DNA from: Methanobacteriota archaeon
Lineage (GTDB): Archaea; Methanobacteriota; Methanobacteria; Methanobacteriales; Methanobacteriaceae
Assembly: GCA_963787255.1 (NCBI GenBank)
Contig: CAWBCJ010000029.1
Location: 352,001-416,000, forward strand
Reading direction: 5' to 3'
Length of the DNA: 64,000 nt
Of the stretch, positions 59,847 through 64,000 are shown one piece after another. The position numbers were made by a program, and so were the translations under genes. The notes under the pieces were generated by a model. That model was not told where the DNA came from, did no database searches, and saw nothing but the letters and a program-made list of their open reading frames with translations. Position 1 is the stretch's first letter; each line of letters opens with the position of its first letter.

Positions 59847-60356
59847 TTATTTTTGGGTTTTATCTAATTTTGACTTTTTAGCTTCTTGATATAATGTTCC
59901 AGATATTTTTTCCATTTTAATCATAATTTCAAATAAAGATTTTACTTCACCATCTTCTAGACCTTCAAATAGGGCTGCTATTGATTTAAGATCCTCCGGA
60001 GATCTTTTTTCCCAATAGTCGCGGCTTTCATCGGTAGTTCTCAACCTTAATATGCGCCGGTTATCAGGGTCCCGCTCTATTTTAAGGAAACCTCTGTCTT
60101 CTAGGCGAATAGCCAGCTGTTTGACGTTTTGATGAGTGGTGCTCAACGCATCAGCCACTTCTTGCATGGAAGGGTCATGATTGAAGGCATTTTCTATAAC
60201 AATCATCATCAACCATTGTTTAGTGGTTATTTGATCTTTTTCAAGTTTTTTATTGATGTAATAGCCCCAACGTTGCTGAACTAGAAATAAAAATACCAAT
60301 ATGTATTGTTCCATTTCTATCCTTTCTGGATGTTCTTTTAAATTTGAATTTGTCAT
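59847..60356 (-). CDS. MarR family transcriptional regulator
   Basis: ITTKQW, EVADALSTTHQNVKQLA..LEDRGF, DPDNRR. Confidence 0.9.
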   Translation of the reverse strand: MTNSNLKEHPERIEMEQYILVFLFLVQQRWGYYINKKLEKDQITTKQWLMMIVIENAFNHDPSMQEVADALSTTHQNVKQLAIRLEDRGFLKIERDPDNRRILRLRTTDESRDYWEKRSPEDLKSIAALFEGLEDGEVKSLFEIMIKMEKISGTLYQEAKKSKLDKTQK

Positions 60357-60359
60357 TTT

Positions 60360-61208
60360 TCAGCTCACTACTCCTTTTGATTTAAACTCTGAGCCATCCT
60401 TTACCTGATCTACTGTTCCTTCGATTTTTTTGTAGAAAGCTATTGAAATTATGACTCCTGCAACTGTCACAATTACAAAGAACATGATTTGTTCCAATGC
60501 GGGACTTACACCGTTTTGTGCCATGAAGAATATCATGGAAAGTATAGCAGTTCCCAGGAGGGTTGCCTTTACGAGCAGTATTGAAACGAGAGCATATCCC
60601 CATTCTTTCCCTTTTAGGATCAATACACCTGCAATCAAGGTAGCAGGGAAAATTATTCCAATATCCATGGCTTGAATCACCAGTGTAGTATAAGTTTCCA
60701 TTGCAACAGGGCCATTTCCGGTTAATAATGAATCAATTATCATTTTAAGCCACATTAATGCCAGCATAGTTCCTGAGGCGATTAAGAATACGCCTGCTAG
60801 CTTAATGGTAATTCCAGGGGAAATACTTTTCTCGATGGGTTTCGCGTCAAGCGATAGCATTCCATACATGAAAGTGTACAGAGATAGTGAGAATAGGACC
60901 ACATAGACTAGAAAAAGCTGATTGTACGACGTTGTAAAAGACATGGATGCATAGGAATAAAGGAAGTAAAATATAGTTCCCATCCAGATCAAATTGCCTC
61001 TTAAAGAATCTCTGGAGACTAAATACAGTGATACCAGTAGTATAGGGATACCTACTAAAAGTGTGACCAGATCTTGACCCATCATTTGGGCTGTTATAGA
61101 AATTGTATCGTGTTTATAAAGTCCTTTCCAGAATAATCCGGATAAAGTGGCAATTAATGCCAGAACGGCAATAGTAATTGAATTTATGTATATTATTTTT
61201 TTGTCCAT
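60360..61208 (-). CDS. Multi-pass membrane protein of unknown function
   Basis: About 8 TM segments; GQDLVTL, Y..YSY, IQAMDIG motifs; first gene of the MarR operon. Confidence 0.8.
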   Translation of the reverse strand: MDKKIIYINSITIAVLALIATLSGLFWKGLYKHDTISITAQMMGQDLVTLLVGIPILLVSLYLVSRDSLRGNLIWMGTIFYFLYSYASMSFTTSYNQLFLVYVVLFSLSLYTFMYGMLSLDAKPIEKSISPGITIKLAGVFLIASGTMLALMWLKMIIDSLLTGNGPVAMETYTTLVIQAMDIGIIFPATLIAGVLILKGKEWGYALVSILLVKATLLGTAILSMIFFMAQNGVSPALEQIMFFVIVTVAGVIISIAFYKKIEGTVDQVKDGSEFKSKGVVS

Positions 61209-61225
61209 TTTTTTCAACTCACAAT

Positions 61226-61261
61226 AGGTAATATATTACTTATTCAGGTAATATATTACCT
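61226..61261. promoter_or_regulatory. Tandem palindromic operators, probably bound by MarR
   Basis: AGGTAATATATTACTT (61226) and perfect palindrome AGGTAATATATTACCT (61246), between TATA (~61266-61273) and the start. Confidence 0.75.
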
Positions 61262-61316
61262 ATTACTTATAAACTTTACTACTGGAAATCTTAACATTAA
61301 AATCCCTATTTAAAAC

Positions 61317-61469
61317 TCTGGCAACAAAAAAAATGCTACTTTCAAAATCTTCCCCAAGCTGAACCACCTGTTCATTGCTGGAGAGGGTAAATCAAACCCG
61401 CAGGAATATTTAATTGAAGGACATGTAGAAGAAGATGTGATAGATTTTATCGTCCAATGGATAATGTAA
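61317..61469 (+). pseudogene. C-terminal fragment of an alpha/beta hydrolase
   Basis: NATFKIFPKLNHLFIAGEGKSNPQEYLIEGHVEEDVIDFIVQWIM*; in-frame stop upstream and no standard start before the NHLF motif. Confidence 0.65.
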
Positions 61470-61749
61470 ATATGATCGGGAGTATAGCTGGCTACAGATG
61501 TTTTGCTTACAGGTTTAGCGGTCATGATTTAAGGATTATATTATTATATGAGGCGTTTATGATTTTGAATTGAATACATAAAATGAGTATTTACTTAAAC
61601 CAGGATTTAACAAAAATTAGTCCTTATTTACCTAGATAAAAAAATTAAAAAGAAAAAGAATTATTATGTTCTTTTTGAATCATAATTTCATTTTTTAATA
61701 GGCTGGTATTAACACGTTTAATGTTTGTTTCCTACAATTGTATAGCATT

Positions 61750-62379
61750 TTACTGTTTTGGTTCTACTGGTATTGATCCATTCAGATAACCGCCCAATGC
61801 GATTATACCAAGAATTACAGGATAAACAATTAGTCTTTCAGCTCCGCCCTCACCTAAGGCCATAAAGGGACTTGCATCCTGTAGAATGATTACGGACAGA
61901 ATATCTATAAATGCAATTGCACCAAGTACAGGAATGACATATTTAAGCCATGAATCTCTTAAAATTGTGAAAGATGCCAATACTGCTAAACTTCCAAAGG
62001 TAAATGAAGTCAATGAAAAGATAACATGCATATTTCCAGTGTATCCTGGAAATATTCCAACTCCAATGGCTCCAATTCCAAGAATACCTAATAATACTGG
62101 GAAAATCTTGCCCTCAAAACTTTTAAAGATTAAATATGATGATATAAGGACAAGTAATCCTGCTATAAAGACTGTTGCATTAAAAATTGTTGCTGAAGGT
62201 TCATATATAGGTAAATCAGCAAGAGAACTGAGTGTATATATTGCAGTATTATAACCCGGATAAAGTGTTTCAGATATAGATACCATTAGCATGAATTGAA
62301 TACCTGCAATAACCATCAGTAATCCAGCTATTTTCTGGTAAAGAATGCTTTGTGATTTTATTTTATTTTCAGATTTCAT
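61750..62379 (-). CDS. DUF998 family membrane protein
   Basis: YPGY...LSSL, IFN, GVGIFP, H..FS, GGAERL. Confidence 0.85.
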   Translation of the reverse strand: MKSENKIKSQSILYQKIAGLLMVIAGIQFMLMVSISETLYPGYNTAIYTLSSLADLPIYEPSATIFNATVFIAGLLVLISSYLIFKSFEGKIFPVLLGILGIGAIGVGIFPGYTGNMHVIFSLTSFTFGSLAVLASFTILRDSWLKYVIPVLGAIAFIDILSVIILQDASPFMALGEGGAERLIVYPVILGIIALGGYLNGSIPVEPKQ

Positions 62380-62548
62380 TTTATAATCCTCTATTTTTAT
62401 TTATAATTTAAAGTATCTAATTTAGATAAAAATTTAAAAAAAACAGTAATAACGAGTATTAGCATAAGTAGATCAATTAATTTTCATTAAATAATTTTTT
62501 TTAGATATATTTAACCAATAGAATGCTAACAAAACCCATTTAAACCAT

Positions 62549-63238
62549 CTAAAAGCTATAAAATCCTCTTACCAGGAAGAATATACCTAGTAAAAAGTAA
62601 ACTATGCTGGTTAAATAATCGCCATACATTGGGATCCAGCTGCGGAACCGATCAAGGGTGTCTTCTGCAGTGCTAGGAGATAGAATGTAAAAAATAAAAG
62701 GTATTTCAACAACAAGAAGTGAAATAAAACCAAGAGTAATAATGATTATAGCTGAATTGGCAGATCCTGGATTTGAAAGGCCGATAATAACCCCGGCCAT
62801 AGTTATAAGGATTGCAGTAGTGAAACTGGCGAAAAGAGTGATTATTCCAAAATAGAAGAACTTTAGAAAGATTGAAAGATTATTATTCTCTGGCAGTGCT
62901 CCTATAAAACCAAGTAGCCCCCCTTCACGAGCTTCTTCACGAACAAAGAGAGTTTTTAATGCTATTATGACCAAAATACTCCCTAAAACAATCTCTATTA
63001 GTCCACCAACAGTTATTGGCCCCAAAATCGTTGGAGAAAGTGTGCTACCCGTAAAAAGGCCGAAAAATACCAGAACAAGAAAAATGATAATTGTACCAAA
63101 TAAATAAGCAAATGCAGATAAACGAGGACTTCGGGTAGGAGATATAGTGTCCAGTAATGTGGCTAAAAGTAAGGGACTAAATAATGCACCTATGGCATAG
63201 GGAAGTATGCTTGCGAGGATTGATGATAATTCTGACAT
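62549..63238 (-). CDS. GAP/Sap-family (LysE-like) membrane protein
   Basis: AIGALFSP, AFAYLFG, EIP..FY, L..FR.WI. Confidence 0.65.
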   Translation of the reverse strand: MSELSSILASILPYAIGALFSPLLLATLLDTISPTRSPRLSAFAYLFGTIIIFLVLVFFGLFTGSTLSPTILGPITVGGLIEIVLGSILVIIALKTLFVREEAREGGLLGFIGALPENNNLSIFLKFFYFGIITLFASFTTAILITMAGVIIGLSNPGSANSAIIIITLGFISLLVVEIPFIFYILSPSTAEDTLDRFRSWIPMYGDYLTSIVYFLLGIFFLVRGFYSF

Positions 63239-63519
63239 AGGTTAATTTATGTCACTTAGTAATAATATATTTGTATGTTTTATTACGATGAATTCATAGA
63301 CACTCTAAAATAAATAACTTATAATATAAATTCTTCTTTTAAAGATGATAACCGATGATGAACTATAGACAAAACTTTAAGGTTACAAATTAATGATTTT
63401 GTAAATAAAATTGCTTTAGATATTACTAATTTTGTATATAAAAAAAATCAAAATATCCAAAAGATAAAATAACTTGATTTATATCATAAAAAATTCGAAT
63501 AAGCGCATTAAATTCACTC

Positions 63520-64000
63520 CTAACTCCTGCTCACAAACCCATTCCCCTTCAACAGAAATCTCCATGGTTTGTCCTTATATTCTTCCGCATAATCAATGTG
63601 AATCCTTTTTGTAGCCATAATTACCTCATCACTTCTTAAACCATTTCCCGGGGTAATAAAAAGCTCATCTCCACTTAAATCAATCCCATTAAGTGAAGTA
63701 TCAATATCCATGGCCTGACAGAGTTTTGAAGGTCCATTTGTCAAATTTTTAAACCTACTTTTCCTAGAAATATCGATCTTCCGGCGTCGGATCATTAATT
63801 CCACACCTTCAACTGGTTCCACAGCTCTGATAAGCACTGCCTGGGGCATATCTTCTTTCTGCGTTACCACATTAATGCAGTAATTATAGCCGTGTAGCTG
63901 ATAAATATAGGCAAATCCCCCTGTTTTGTAAAGTGGATCCATCCGTGGAGTGTGCCGACCTTTATATGAATGAGCACCTTTATCTTCTGGACCCATATAT
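63520..64000 (-). CDS. 3-methyladenine DNA glycosylase (MPG/AAG type), 5' end outside the window
   Basis: AYIYQLHG, C.NVVT, AVLIRAVEP, LTNGPSKLCQA, PWRF. Confidence 0.92.
   Translation of the reverse strand, partial: YMGPEDKGAHSYKGRHTPRMDPLYKTGGFAYIYQLHGYNYCINVVTQKEDMPQAVLIRAVEPVEGVELMIRRRKIDISRKSRFKNLTNGPSKLCQAMDIDTSLNGIDLSGDELFITPGNGLRSDEVIMATKRIHIDYAEEYKDKPWRFLLKGNGFVSRS

Overview
AT-rich archaeal chromosome segment, most consistent with a Methanobacterium-like member of Methanobacteriales (methanogenesis marker 12, fused Kae1-Bud32, PolD DP1, uppP, Methanobacteriales-type mini-ORB). The centre holds the probable replication origin: cdc6 (34276-35424, -) followed by a ~2.3 kb AT-rich gap with about a dozen TTACACTTGAAAT-type ORB boxes, with GAN/RecJ, Hef and DP1 nearby. 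The left half is mainly housekeeping (thrS, ilvD/B/N/C/E, argS, argF, purD, tRNA-Val, rps15, pyrB). The right half has cobalamin and lysine/arginine genes and then a more accessory region (51.7-64 kb) with orphan signalling modules, DNA glycosylases, an agmatinase, a MarR operon and gene fragments. Five genes (thrS, MgtC-family, ilvD, SpoIIM-like, hef) carry single-base frameshifts that look like sequencing errors. No CRISPR array, cas gene, integrase, transposase or prophage was seen. The best candidates for undescribed biology, all inferred by eye, are: two orphan CARF-like/wHTH proteins, a Cys-motif protein with an apparently inactive S24/S26 peptidase fold, an agmatinase with a probable CTG start and a duplicated-start uORF, and ORB boxes in the leaders of cdc6 and the DUF2299 gene.
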